Position numbers and translations under genes: made by a program
In this document: positions 54,801-64,000 of the stretch, one piece after another
How the letters are laid out: every line of letters begins with the position of its first letter
How positions within the stretch are numbered: the first letter of the stretch is position 1
Origin: Antedon mediterranea
Taxonomy: Eukaryota > Animalia > Echinodermata
Reading direction: 5' to 3'
Length of the DNA: 64,000 nucleotides
Assembly (NCBI RefSeq): GCF_964355755.1
Contig: NC_092674.1
Coordinates: forward strand, 6,262,001-6,326,000
The notes under the pieces: generated by a model
Told to the model about the DNA's origin: nothing
The model's database searches: none
Seen by the model: only the letters and a program-made list of their open reading frames with translations

Positions 54801-57800
54801 TCAAATTCTGACTACACTGATCATATCCAACAATGTGATATAAGATATTAATAATAATTATTGATAAGGTAGATATTAAAAGATGCGTGCTCAGTTATCA
54901 AATTATGACTACACTGATCATATCCCAAAATGTGATATAGATTATTATTAATAATTATTGATGATGTAGATATTTAAAGATGCGTGCTCAGTTATCAAAT
55001 TATGACTACACTGATCATATCCAACAATGTGATATAAGATATTAATAATAATTATTGATGAGGTAGATATTAAAAGATGCGTGCTCAGTAATCAAATTAT
55101 GACTACACTGATCATATCCAACAATGTGATTTAGATTATTAACATTAATTATTGATGAGGTAGATATTAAAAGATGCGTGCTCAGTTATCAAATTATGAC
55201 TACACTGATCATATCCAACAATGTGATATAAGATATTAATATTAATTATTGATGAGGTAGATATTAAAAGATGCGTGCTCAGTTATCAAATTCTGACTAC
55301 ACTGATCATATCGCACAATGTGATATATTAGTAATAATTATTGATGAGGTAGATATTAAAAGATGCGTGCTCAGTTATCAAATTTTGACTACACTGATTA
55401 TATCGAACAATGTGATATAGATTATTAATAATAATTATTGATGAGGTAGATATTAAAAGATGCGTGCTCAGTTATCAAATTCTGACTACACTGATCATAT
55501 CGCACAATGTGATATAGATTATTAGTAATAATTATTGATGAGGTAGATATTAAAAGATGCGTGCTCAGTTATCAAATTTTGACTACACTGATTATATCGA
55601 ACAATGTGATATAGATTATTAATAATAATTATTGATGAGGTAGATATTAAAAGATGCGTGCTCAGTTATCAAATTCTGACTACACTGATCATATCGAACA
55701 ATGTGATATAGATTATTAAAAATAATTATTGATGAGGTAGATATTAAAAGATGCGTGCTCAGTTATCAAATTATGACTACACTGATCATATCCAACAATC
55801 TGATATATGATATCAATGCTAATTATTGATGAGGTAGATATTAAAAGATGCGTGCTCAGTTATCAAATTGTAACTACACTGATCATAATACTATACATAG
55901 TCCTTTATGCATTAGACATTGATTTAGTAGTACTACATATCATTTGTTATATTAAGAATGTTGTTTTAGTGTTATTAAAATACTTATCGAATTTTTTTGA
56001 AAATAAAAATATTAGTATTGGTACCTATAAATTTATATATTATAATAACATGCTAGATGTTATAATAATGTGATCTTTATTACAACTAAGAAACAGTTAT
56101 GTACGAGGATGATACACACTGATAGTTCTCAGTTATCAAAAAACGACTACACAATATAGCTCCATTTGATACTGAATGTGTCGACACGAACAAACGAACA
56201 GATATGGAACGCCAAGAGTGCATCATTAAAACTGCATTCGACTCGATTAGCACACGAAATATCATAAACATGGCAAACCAGGCCCTTTTTCAGCGGCAGG
56301 TAAGGTTTGACCATGGAGGTATATGGTTTGACCAGCTCCATGGTTTGGTAAAAATATTTTATACCTCCATGGTTTGACCGTATACAATGCATGTGTGAAA
56401 TGTAAAGCTTTCTTATGGCCCTCCCCATGCAGGATTAGGCCAAGTTGAGCCGCCGACAAGTTGAGGCGCCGCCAAAAACGTTATTTTCTATGAAACGCCA
56501 AATGCTTACTTTCGCCGGTGCTCGTTTCTATTTAATAGAAGTTCTATTTATATTAATTATTAGATATAACGATGTATATTCCAAAGTTTATATATCACGG
56601 TTTTCAGTATATATTATTAAATATTATAATTAAAGAGAAATAATTATGAATATCTGACTTGTAGATTCCAAAATATAAGGCCTAAAACATGACCGAAAAT
56701 GATCGTTTTTAGCCAAAAATGACGTAAACATGTTGCCCCCTCAGGCGGCAGTTGAAGTAAAATAATTGCATAAAATCACCGTTTTTTAGTAAAATATTTT
56801 GTGTATTAACATTGTAAAATTCAATAAAATATGATATTAAAAGATAGTAAATAAAAAATAATAATTATTTAACCTCATTCGAAGAATATCAATACTCTAT
56901 TAGTCCTGAGAGACAACGTGATTTTACGTGGTAGGCATACACGCGAGAAAAATATTATGGAGTGCACTGCATTTTTACCTTGAAAGATTAAAAACAATTA
57001 AATTATTAAATATGACTACAGTACTTTCCTTTGCTGTTTCAAACCAACAAAATTGTAGTATGTAATTATTATTTATTTTCATGACACAATAAACCTAAAG
57101 ACCATGAACTTATGTAGGGCCTACTAGGACACCACTCTATCACTACGCGAAATGTCGTAAAAGACGCACTGGCCGTTTCATAGAAATTACCGGCGGCTCA
57201 ATTTGTCGGCGGCCCAACCGGTCATATCCCCCCATGCACATGTTACGCTGCTTGGTAGGCCTATAGTGTTCGTTATAAGAAGACGAGATGTAATTATACG
57301 TCCATGGTTTAACCATGTATTGTATAATATTTATTTCTTTTTAATTTATTTTTAATATGTCGAATGCAGTTTTAATGATGCACTCTTGGCGTTCCATATC
57401 TTTTCGTTTGTTCGTGTCGACACAATCAGTATCAAATGGCGATATTTCTGTATTTTTTCAATCAATTGCTTGCTTGCGAGTATTATATAATAAGGTATAG
57501 TTTAAAGATCTTTGGCTATGTTCGGCTTCGGGATGTTATACCACACTTAGGCCTAGGCTAGGCTATAGGGGTCGTCGGTTTCGTGTTATGGGTCGTTCAA
57601 TTCGAGTTCGTTCAATTCGAGGTCGCCCGGGTCGTTGGGGTCGTCCAATTCGAGGTCGTCGCTTTCTACACACCCTGTCAAAGGCCTCTATCAAAAAGTG
57701 GTCAGGTTGAAACCTTACCAACCGTACTGGTTGCTAGAGCCCTGCTCAATAGTTGTATTGGACAGGTCGGTTTTGAGGAGATCTGTAGCTCTTCAGACTC

Positions 57801-60800
57801 CTCGCTGTTTCTGTATGAGCACTGGATGCGATTAGATCTTTTGCAAACAGTTTGAATAGCTCATAATACGCCTAAAATATACATCTACAGCAATCAATAT
57901 ACAGCATACCTGTCTCCAGTAGTACGTTGTTCTCACGGACACAACATCAACACCTTCACCAAATGTGTCTCCACGTGCTATAATTTTGTCTGCCACAAAT
58001 GTACGTTGTCCTTCTTCTCTATCGGGTATATTACTGTTTTGGAAGATAAACAACAAATCAATTGAGTACCATACTATAACATTGGTATACAAGTGATATG
58101 CCATATGGATAATGATAAAGAATATCGAACCAGCATGAGAGAAGCATAGGTTTGAGATATGTCCATTCCATGTTGCTTCTATCCTTATACTTTATATATA
58201 ACGATAAATACTTTACTCTCATACTTCGGATAAGACATAAAGCTGTTCATGATTCCACATATGCACGATAACAAATTTGTTACACTATTTGGAAATTAGC
58301 TGATTGCCATTCTAATACTGAAGAGATCACCATCTAACCTTACTCTAATGTAAAAACTCATTTGACTTGAAATTGTCATAAAATTGTGTTTATGTGAAAA
58401 TTTAACATTGTTTTTACCAGGAGGATTACCTGATTGTATCATTGTAAACATCTTTAAATTCTGGAGCTCTTTCTAAAGTTGTAATGTGAACATATATTGA
58501 ATAGTCATTAGTAACCACTTGTGTCAGAGGTAGCAACGGATGAGTCAGTGTGCGACCTGAAAATAAAAAATGAGTTTATCATATATCATATAACACATTT
58601 TTTTTTTATTCAATTTTTTTTAAACCACTTTAGCTTCAAGGGGCGCCTCAGATAAAAAATACAGTACAAATATAGTTAAACAATAAAGAACAGTACATCA
58701 ATCAAATCTTCCAGAATTAACAAGAAATTGTACATAATAAAACAATGGAGTATTTTCAAGAGTCAAAAGAAGATCAGATCCAAAAATAAAATTTTCACTT
58801 AAACAATTTAAATTATAGGCCTACTGTTAAAGAATAATCCTCGACTAAGATATCCTCGATAATTAAGTTAGCGATTACATCTCTTTGTAGATTATAATTT
58901 AGGGCAATAACATACGAAATGAAGCGGATTCTCAACATTAAAGTCACAAGTAAAATTTGGATTGTCTCATAGTCCATGGAAAAATAAATGCAAATTGAAA
59001 CAAGTCGGATTCAGTGTGAATTTGGTATTATAATCATACTTCAAACTGTTAATTATTCAGGGACACAAATAATTTGATGATAACAGAGAGAAAAAATTTA
59101 AGGATTTCATAAATTGATTTGATTAATCTGTCATAGGAATCAAGTTTTTCAGAGACTGTATCATTGAATTATACATTTGATAAATGAAGAAACTTAAAGA
59201 TCAATACATTTAATAGTCCAGAAATAAAGATGCTTATTAACAAAAAAACAAAATAGTTAAGCATACCTTGAACTGATTCTGCACAAACAAGAAAAAAAAA
59301 GATAAATATTATATACGTATTATAATTATAAATTGTTTATCTATATTGTAAATAACAACAATAATAATTCTTGTGAGGCAAACAAAATATATATATATAT
59401 ATAAATCCAAAGGCAAATTACTGAAAAAAATGACAATGCTGTGGGTATCAGTGGCTGGATCTCAATGGAGATACAAAAATAAAAAGCGAAAAGCTAAATC
59501 AAAACGATAAAGTAAACAGCCAGAAAAGTTAGCAGAGCTTTCGGGCAACACTAGCCCTTCATCAGTGCAAGTGAAGGAATTTGGATAACGTCATATATAT
59601 ATATATATATATAAACATTTACAAGCATTAGAGGAAATTCTAAAACACCTGGTTATAAACTGAATGTTATATTTGGAAATTTGGATACAGTAGAACCTCT
59701 CATTTGGACACTTTCCCGTGATGGAGCTGTTGGTGGTTTAAATGCTTGGATACCAATCCCAAGGTCCTGGGTCCAAATCCTGTAAGATGGCAGGGTTTTT
59801 TTCTAATGACAGAACAACTCTACTCTTGTAATAAGACTTTGTTTGTGTAGAGCATCTTGTGTATATGTTTTCTTTGTGAATTATTTAAGAGGAGGTCGCC
59901 TTATTAGCCACTAGCCTTAACAGTTATGTGGCTATCTGGCCTTTCCAGGAGGCTTTTCTCTAAACTGCCATTACAAATAGAAATAAACAATGTATGAAAA
60001 AAGATATGTCATAAATGTAATAAAAATAACCTACCTTTTTTGTCAAACATAAATGCGTATGAATATTCTCCTTGCTTGAAATAGGTGAGATCTTCAAATA
60101 TTTCTGCTAATGGGATATCAGTACCAACTACACCTCTAAATTCCCCATTAATTCTGACAGGTTTTAACACTGAGCTCAATAAACCTGTAGAAGTAGAAAT
60201 AGGAAATAATAGTAATTATTGGTATTCTGGCAAAATAACTGAACAGAAAAGACAATTAGAAGCAAAACAAAATACAGCTGCCCATATTGACTTTAAGAAG
60301 TTGTTGGGAATGGAAGATTTAGTGACTGGAGATAAGGAAGTATGTAATATACTCATCCAACAGAGAGCACAAACTCGCCAATTACAAGATGGATACAAAT
60401 GTTATAGTTTATCATGCTTATAAACTAAGTCTCATTTGAGGCTTAGGGAGTGGATTTGAAAGAGTCATGAGTTACAACCCTGGCACTAGGTTAAGATTGA
60501 ACCCTGGAAGGGATTGGAAGGCAAGCATGTTAACCACCAAGCTACAGCTCCGCTACTTTTTAAACCGTTTAAACCTTATACAGTCTTTTAAAAAATAGAA
60601 AGACTTTATAAAAGCGTGGTCAAACCAGAGGCTGCAATTACAACTATCAAACTTTATCAAAAAACCTTGCGTATCAACATTTTTACGAAAACAATAGATA
60701 CCAGGTGCTTCCGTCCAAGCGTGTAGATTATGTTTTTTGGGTGGAAAGGGATCTGACATTTGTTAAATAAGAACAAACTTTTTTTTTAGAATCTTACCTG

Positions 60801-63777
60801 CACCAAATGCATCCGCATACGGAACTGTTATTAAAATATCATTATGGGTTCCTGCACCAGAAATGAAATTGTAGTAAGATGCCATTGACGCTCTAAGGTT
60901 ATCAGGATTGCTAACGTAAGTATATTCACCAGGCTAGAAAGAGGAAAAACATGGAAATAAAATCGTAGTAAATAGCATAACTCTCTATAATGGTACACTT
61001 GATAGTGAACAAGAAAAGTTTAAAAAGATCCAGAAATAAAATTTATGGTAATAGTCAAAGATTCTCTAAGATACATGTACTCAGGCTCTAAAATACAAAA
61101 CAAAATGGAACTAGAAATGAAAAGATATGTTAGCCTTCACACGTCAACAGCAATAGGAGGTTGAACGTTTTATCTCAAATTTGTATGGCACCAAGATGAA
61201 CATAAAGACAACTTACATGAATTTCACCAACTGAAGTGTCCGGTGTTAAGTTGTATTTCTGATAATTCTGAAGAGCAATGTCTGATAAGATACCAGTACT
61301 TTCTGCAAACAAAAAAAGCATTTGAAAAGTAGATAAATAGAGGGTTTACCTCTGTACGCAATTTAAAAAAAAATTAATTTTTCGGAATTTATTTGGCATA
61401 TAAAAAAACACCACAACAATCCCAGAGGGCAAACATGTGATTTACAATACACAACAATGAAAATTAATAAAAGATGATTATAGAAAGGTAAAAATTTTAT
61501 AAAAATATACTGAGTTTATTATAATTATCATTATTCGTTAAGATTACCAATTATTTAATTATATACAAGTATGCTACGCTATTCTACATCTTTTGTATTC
61601 CCAGTACTCCCAGATAAACCATCTAATCTGCTATATCATTGTAGACATTCCAATGTGGCCTTATATTAATCCGCCTCAGTTTCTAGTTAAACTAAAGGCC
61701 CATACAGTTTAAAATCAATTGGTCTATTGTTTTTTTTAATCAGTAACTTAAAGCATTTGCCAAGTATATACTTGCTGTGTATGTTTCTTTCTATGTATCG
61801 TTTTTGGTCCACAATTTTCAAGTTATTATCTGATGCCGTGATATATATATTCTGTATAATATTGGTAATGCCAATAAACCCATTTACTTAATTTATTCAA
61901 ATTTTGGTACTGTTTAGTTAAAACACGGGTTGCTGTAAAAAGAAGGAAGGCTGCAGGCTAGGCCTCCTCACTCAAATCAGCCTCTTCTCTAGCCATTGGT
62001 CTCTTGAATTTGAATTTGTTGTTGTTTTTTGGCAGTTAGTGAGGATGGATCTGATTGGTTGAGAAATAAATTAATTCCTTGTTTACCATTCAAAATATCT
62101 TCCTGAATGCTACCAATGTTCTTAGAATTCACACTACCATTCAGAGTAGCTTAACTGAATGCTAACTGACTTTTATAAGCATTCCGATTATTAATTGGTT
62201 TAAACTATGAATGCCTAAAATCTTGAAATGACCACTAAATTAGCATTCAAATGCTTATCGAATGCTTATCGAAGGCTATTTAAGCATTCGGCTTTGCTAA
62301 GGGACCCTGTCTTGTTGTGTATGTCAATTATAAATTGTATACTTACCATCAATACCAATTCCAAATCCAAAAGTCAAGATAGTCACTTTGAACAGAAGTG
62401 CTTGATTTCTCTGCAATAATGTTTCCATTACTGCATCTTTACTATCAGTTGGTATTCCATCGGTCAAGAATAATATTAACTGGCCTAAAATAAAGTATTT
62501 AAAATTGTTCCTAAAGCTCTGTCTAAACAAAAATGTGATGTGCCCTTAAATTGACATGATGATGTCATATCACTCCCATATTTTGGGTATATCACTACCA
62601 TATTTGGGCACATAACACTTTTTTTTGTTAAACTAGTTTGATAGTGCAGACAGCAGAAATATATTGCTATGGTTGAGAAAATGAAAACTATAAATCTTCT
62701 ATCAAACTTCATACAGATGAGCAAAAATATAACAAATTTAAATGTAATATTGTTTATTGTTACTGGGGAATTGGAATACAGTAGTATGCACCTGTAATAA
62801 TTGTCCGCTTGATGTATACTTTGAGAATAATGTAAAAACGATTCTACTGCAGTTACTGCAGTAAATTCCATTTTGTTTGCGACTGCTTCATAAACTTTCA
62901 CATTGAATCAAACTAAAATCAGCGAGTAAATAAATGTAGTTACTGCAGTAACTGCACATTCTTATCTTTTCAAACTTTAATTTGTGCTGTTAATACAAAA
63001 TATCATTTAAAAAATACATTTGAAAAAAGTAATCATTCATTGACAACTTACTTCGAAATTGGTTTTCAGGAATAGAGCTCTCCAGAAGATCAAATGCCAA
63101 ATTGATAGCATTTACATAGTATGTATCACCTGTAGTAAAAACAGATTTTTATTTACATATACAGGTACCTCCATGTCCATACTTTGAATAGAATAGAAGA
63201 CAAGACAACATTTTCCACCAGTATGGCGTGCGAGTTTTGACTTTTGACTTCACTGGAATCGTGAGAGTTTTGACTAATATAGTCGAAAAGTTTTAAAATC
63301 ACAATAAAATTGTTTTCATACTGAGAATGTACCTACTTTGTTTGTGTACATACCAGAAGGTGAAATGTTATTAATTTCAGCTTCGAGACCTAAGCCATTA
63401 AATGCTGAAGCCTCTGCTAATCTTTCTGAGTGACAACCACTATCTGGTGTTGAAGCTTCAGTAGAAAAAGACACAAGTCCAACCTAAATTAACAAAAACA
63501 AACTTTAATATTTCCCAGAGAGAAGGTATTATTACGGTCGTTAGTACTACTACTACTATGGTTTTTTTAAACAGAGAGCATTATTTTCTATGATGAAAAT
63601 TAAATACACAAACATACACGGTCACTTGGATTCAGGGTCTTTAAAACCGTTATTGCTGCTTCTTGAGCAATGTCCATCAAAGTCCGACCATTGTGCTCAG
63701 TTGACATGGATCCACTTCTATCAATTACCAGAACTACGTCTTTTGGCATTGGTGTTGCTGCTTCTATAAACCATGGC
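24827..63777 (-). CDS. CACHD1: VWA and Cache domain-containing membrane protein (CACHD1 / alpha2delta-like); 5' end outside window; possibly disrupted
   Basis: Exons (approx.): 63618-63777 RPWFIEAATPMPKDVVLVIDRSGSM (MIDAS); 63354-63483; 63052-63130; 62347-62484 ILFLTDGIPTD; 61217-61303; 60799-60933 VPYADAFGAG; 60035-60184 GVVGTDI; 58429-58556 GRTLTHPLLP; 57910-58033 TYYWRQ; 32719-32796; 31982-32068 YHRID; 30999-31168 RYIGTANGVLRFYPG; 30452-30565; ~29485-29590 GVMGMD; ~28578-28758 CFVMDRSGYLIVH; ~27987-28133; ~26972-27191 CECPC; ~25413-25530; 24827-25005 TM plus tail. Paralog-level assignment is uncertain. Confidence 0.85.
25617..25798. mobile_element. Abundant Harbinger-like MITE family; other copies at ~1915-2050, 17364-17425, 18470-18665, 19185-19310, 25230-25365, 28170-28300, 62514-62652
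   Basis: TIR AGCTCTGTCTACACTATCAAACT...AGTTTGATAGTGTAGACAGAGCT with TAA/TTA flanks and an internal ~21-bp repeat CACTACCATATTTGGGCA. Confidence 0.8.
25888..26381. mobile_element. hAT-type MITE
   Basis: Termini CAGTG...CACTG with imperfect TIR (TAGCCGAAGGCT / AGCCTTCGGCT), internal inverted GGAACCAACAAGATGGCGGC, perfect 8-bp TSD GTATTTGT (25880-25887, 26382-26389). Confidence 0.85.
27380..27790 (+). mobile_element. 5'-truncated SINE with Deu-like core and (ACT)n tail
   Basis: GTGCACTTTAAAGAACCCAG...GAGTAGGGG core; 3' end ACTACTACT. Confidence 0.55.
28975..29285 (+). mobile_element. 5S rRNA-derived SINE with Deu-like body
   Basis: TACGGCCATAC...TCAGATCACCGAAGTAAGCAA...TTGGATGGG...GGGTGCTGTA head, followed by a body shared with the 32282 copy (ATCCTTAGG, CTCATTGCC, GTAGGGGATC, GGGCCTAATC). 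Confidence 0.7.
29870..30260 (+). mobile_element. 3' fragment of a CR1/L2-type LINE
   Basis: Degenerate C-terminal ORF2 motif WNKFPINIKEMKHFVQFKKK followed by 3' UTR-like sequence and GAAATAAA. Confidence 0.5.
32282..32665 (+). mobile_element. Composite 5S + tRNA-like + Deu-like SINE
   Basis: Near full-length 5S head (GTTGAATCACCGGTTCTCGTCAGATCACCAAAGTTAAGCAA...GGATGGG...GGGTGCTGTA), then a tRNA-like segment with B box GGTTCGAGCC, then TCCTTAGGCAAG...GCACGTTAAAG...AGTAGGGG. Confidence 0.75.
33850..37960 (-). repeat. Satellite A, left array (~40 units of 98-101 bp)
   Basis: Unit CACTGTGTTTTACTATAACCAATTTGGTTAGAGTAAAACACAATGATAAAGAATAGGAAACATTTAATAATATGATAAATGACATTTACATAGCAATTTAG; variant blocks recur at ~990 bp. 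Confidence 0.95.
38010..39860. repeat. Tandem ~620-bp hairpin modules with CCCTAA/TTAGGG dimers
   Basis: Two full modules (~38010-38635, ~38635-39270) plus a partial third. The arms are reverse complements containing AACCCTAACCCTAGTTTGAAGCGA / TCGCTTCAAACTAGGGTTAGGGTT; the outer arm parts resemble satellite A. Confidence 0.8.
40178..40212. mobile_element. 35-bp palindromic P-like mini element
   Basis: CATGGACCTATAAATTA-G-TAATTTATAGGTCCATG flanked by ATTGAAT / ATTGAAC (7-bp TSD with one mismatch). Confidence 0.6.
40461..41395. mobile_element. MITE with inverted arrays of a 15-bp subrepeat
   Basis: Termini TATGGAACGCC / GGCATTCCATA; (TCGATGAAAATTGCG)n on the left arm and its reverse complement on the right arm; TSD not resolved. 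Confidence 0.7.
41755..43200 (+). repeat. Satellite A, right array (inverted relative to 33850-37960), ~14 units
   Basis: Unit CATTGTGTTTTACTCTAACCAAATTGGTTATAGTAAAACACAGTGCTAAATTGCTATG... Confidence 0.95.
43495..44290. repeat. Cryptic (AGGCCT/CTAG) palindrome-rich low-complexity tract
   Basis: Dense TAGGCCTAG and GCTAGC motifs; the same motif occurs in the outer TIR (AGCCTAGGCCTAAG). Confidence 0.8.
44650..46050 (-). repeat. Satellite B, left degenerate array (97-bp unit), interrupted at ~45120-45460 by a probable retroelement 3' end
   Basis: GGATATGATCAGTGTAGTCATAATTTGATAACTGAGCACGCATC is the reverse complement of the right-array unit. Confidence 0.85.
46060..50366. repeat. Satellite C, ~190-bp monomer with 4-mer higher-order repeat (~762 bp)
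   Basis: Diagnostic variant TGATTTCAAAAATTCTC recurs at 47357, 48119, 48881 and 49644. Confidence 0.95.
51040..55890 (+). repeat. Satellite B, right array (~50 units of 97-98 bp)
   Basis: Unit GATGCGTGCTCAGTTATCAAATTATGACTACACTGATCATATCCAACAATGTGATATAGATTATTAATAATAATTATTGATGAGGTAGATATTAAAA. Confidence 0.95.
56312..56371. mobile_element. 60-bp P-like mini element
   Basis: TIR CATGGAGGTATA / TATACCTCCATG; perfect 7-bp TSD GTTTGAC (56305-56311, 56372-56378). Confidence 0.7.
56432..57229. mobile_element. Mutator-type MITE (798 bp)
   Basis: Imperfect TIRs GGAT...GTTGAGCCGCCGACAA / TTGTCGGCGGCCCAAC...ATCC; perfect 9-bp TSD CCCCATGCA (56423-56431, 57230-57238). Confidence 0.85.
59530..59571 (-). 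ncRNA. Minimal type I hammerhead ribozyme (Penelope-like element LTR remnant)
   Basis: Minus strand reads TTGCA-CTGATGA-A-GGGC(TAGTGTT)GCCC-GAAA-GCTC-TGCTA: conserved core, stem II, palindromic AGCT minimal stem III, UC cleavage site, short stem I. Confidence 0.7.
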
Positions 63778-64000
63778 CTAATAGGAGATTAAGTTTAGTT
63801 ATTGTTTTATAACTATCACTCAGCCAGCACAATTCAATGGGATACTCCTTCAAATAAAAACAAATTAGGCTAGAAGTATCATATTATTACTTATCCTAAT
63901 TCCACTAAATTGAAATCATGTGACTCGAAAAGTGTTTGCAGAGGTCAGAAATCAGTTTCGCGTGGATATATTCGCCTACTGAACAAAAGGCTTTAAGACG

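Larger units (their letters stand above)
56162..57439. mobile_element. 1.28-kb inverted-repeat element interrupting the extended right TIR
   Basis: 81-bp inverted repeats 56162-56242 and 57359-57439 (CCATTTGATACTGA.TGTGTCGACACGAAC...), 2 mismatches. Confidence 0.7.
32952..57675. mobile_element. Giant (24,724-bp) non-autonomous Mutator/Foldback-like DNA transposon in a CACHD1-like intron
   Basis: TIRs 32952-33201 and 57432-57675 (first 63 bp identical, starting GGGTGTGTAGAAAGCGACGACC); perfect 10-bp TSD TGTCAAAGGC at 32942-32951 and 57676-57685; no transposase ORF seen. Confidence 0.92.

Noticed and set aside
51040-55890. CRISPR-like array (also considered for 22830-23503 and 33850-37960)
   Set aside because: Units are repeated in full with no unique spacers, there are no cas genes, and the context is eukaryotic.
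32952-57675. Autonomous transposase, or a misassembly, as the explanation of the large insertion
   Set aside because: No DDE, tyrosine-recombinase or Rep/helicase ORF is visible. Matching TIRs plus a perfect TSD and in-frame flanking exons argue against a chimeric join, although array lengths could still be misassembled.
60085-60423. 112-aa plus-strand ORF
   Set aside because: Antisense to a CACHD1-like exon and running into intronic, probably retroelement-derived sequence; no independent coding signal.

Overview
AT-rich, intron-rich animal DNA. The SINE/MITE content and gene set suggest an invertebrate deuterostome, which is an inference. Four spliced genes can be reconstructed by hand: (1) the 3' part of a polyprenol reductase SRD5A3 (+); (2) a complete TUSC3/MAGT1 (OST3/6) gene (-) carrying a U12-type minor intron; (3) a complete delta/gamma/zeta-class sarcoglycan (+), head-to-head with it, like human TUSC3-SGCZ; (4) a long CACHD1-like VWA/Cache membrane-protein gene (-) that appears to lack one internal exon. 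The most striking structure is a 24.7-kb non-coding DNA-transposon-like insertion (32952-57675) in one CACHD1-like intron. It has ~250-bp TIRs and a perfect 10-bp TSD, and is built as a nested foldback. Inverted arrays of a 97-bp satellite homologous to its own subterminal sequence surround a 190-bp higher-order satellite. A second ~10-kb foldback with inverted 100-bp satellite arrays and ~620-bp hairpin modules bearing TTAGGG dimers sits in the left arm, and several smaller MITEs are nested inside. Elsewhere there are hairpin satellites, MITEs with verifiable TSDs (hAT, Kolobok, Harbinger, MULE, P-like), 5S/tRNA/Deu-type SINEs and a minimal Penelope-type hammerhead ribozyme. Most ORFs in the supplied track are spurious products of repeats.
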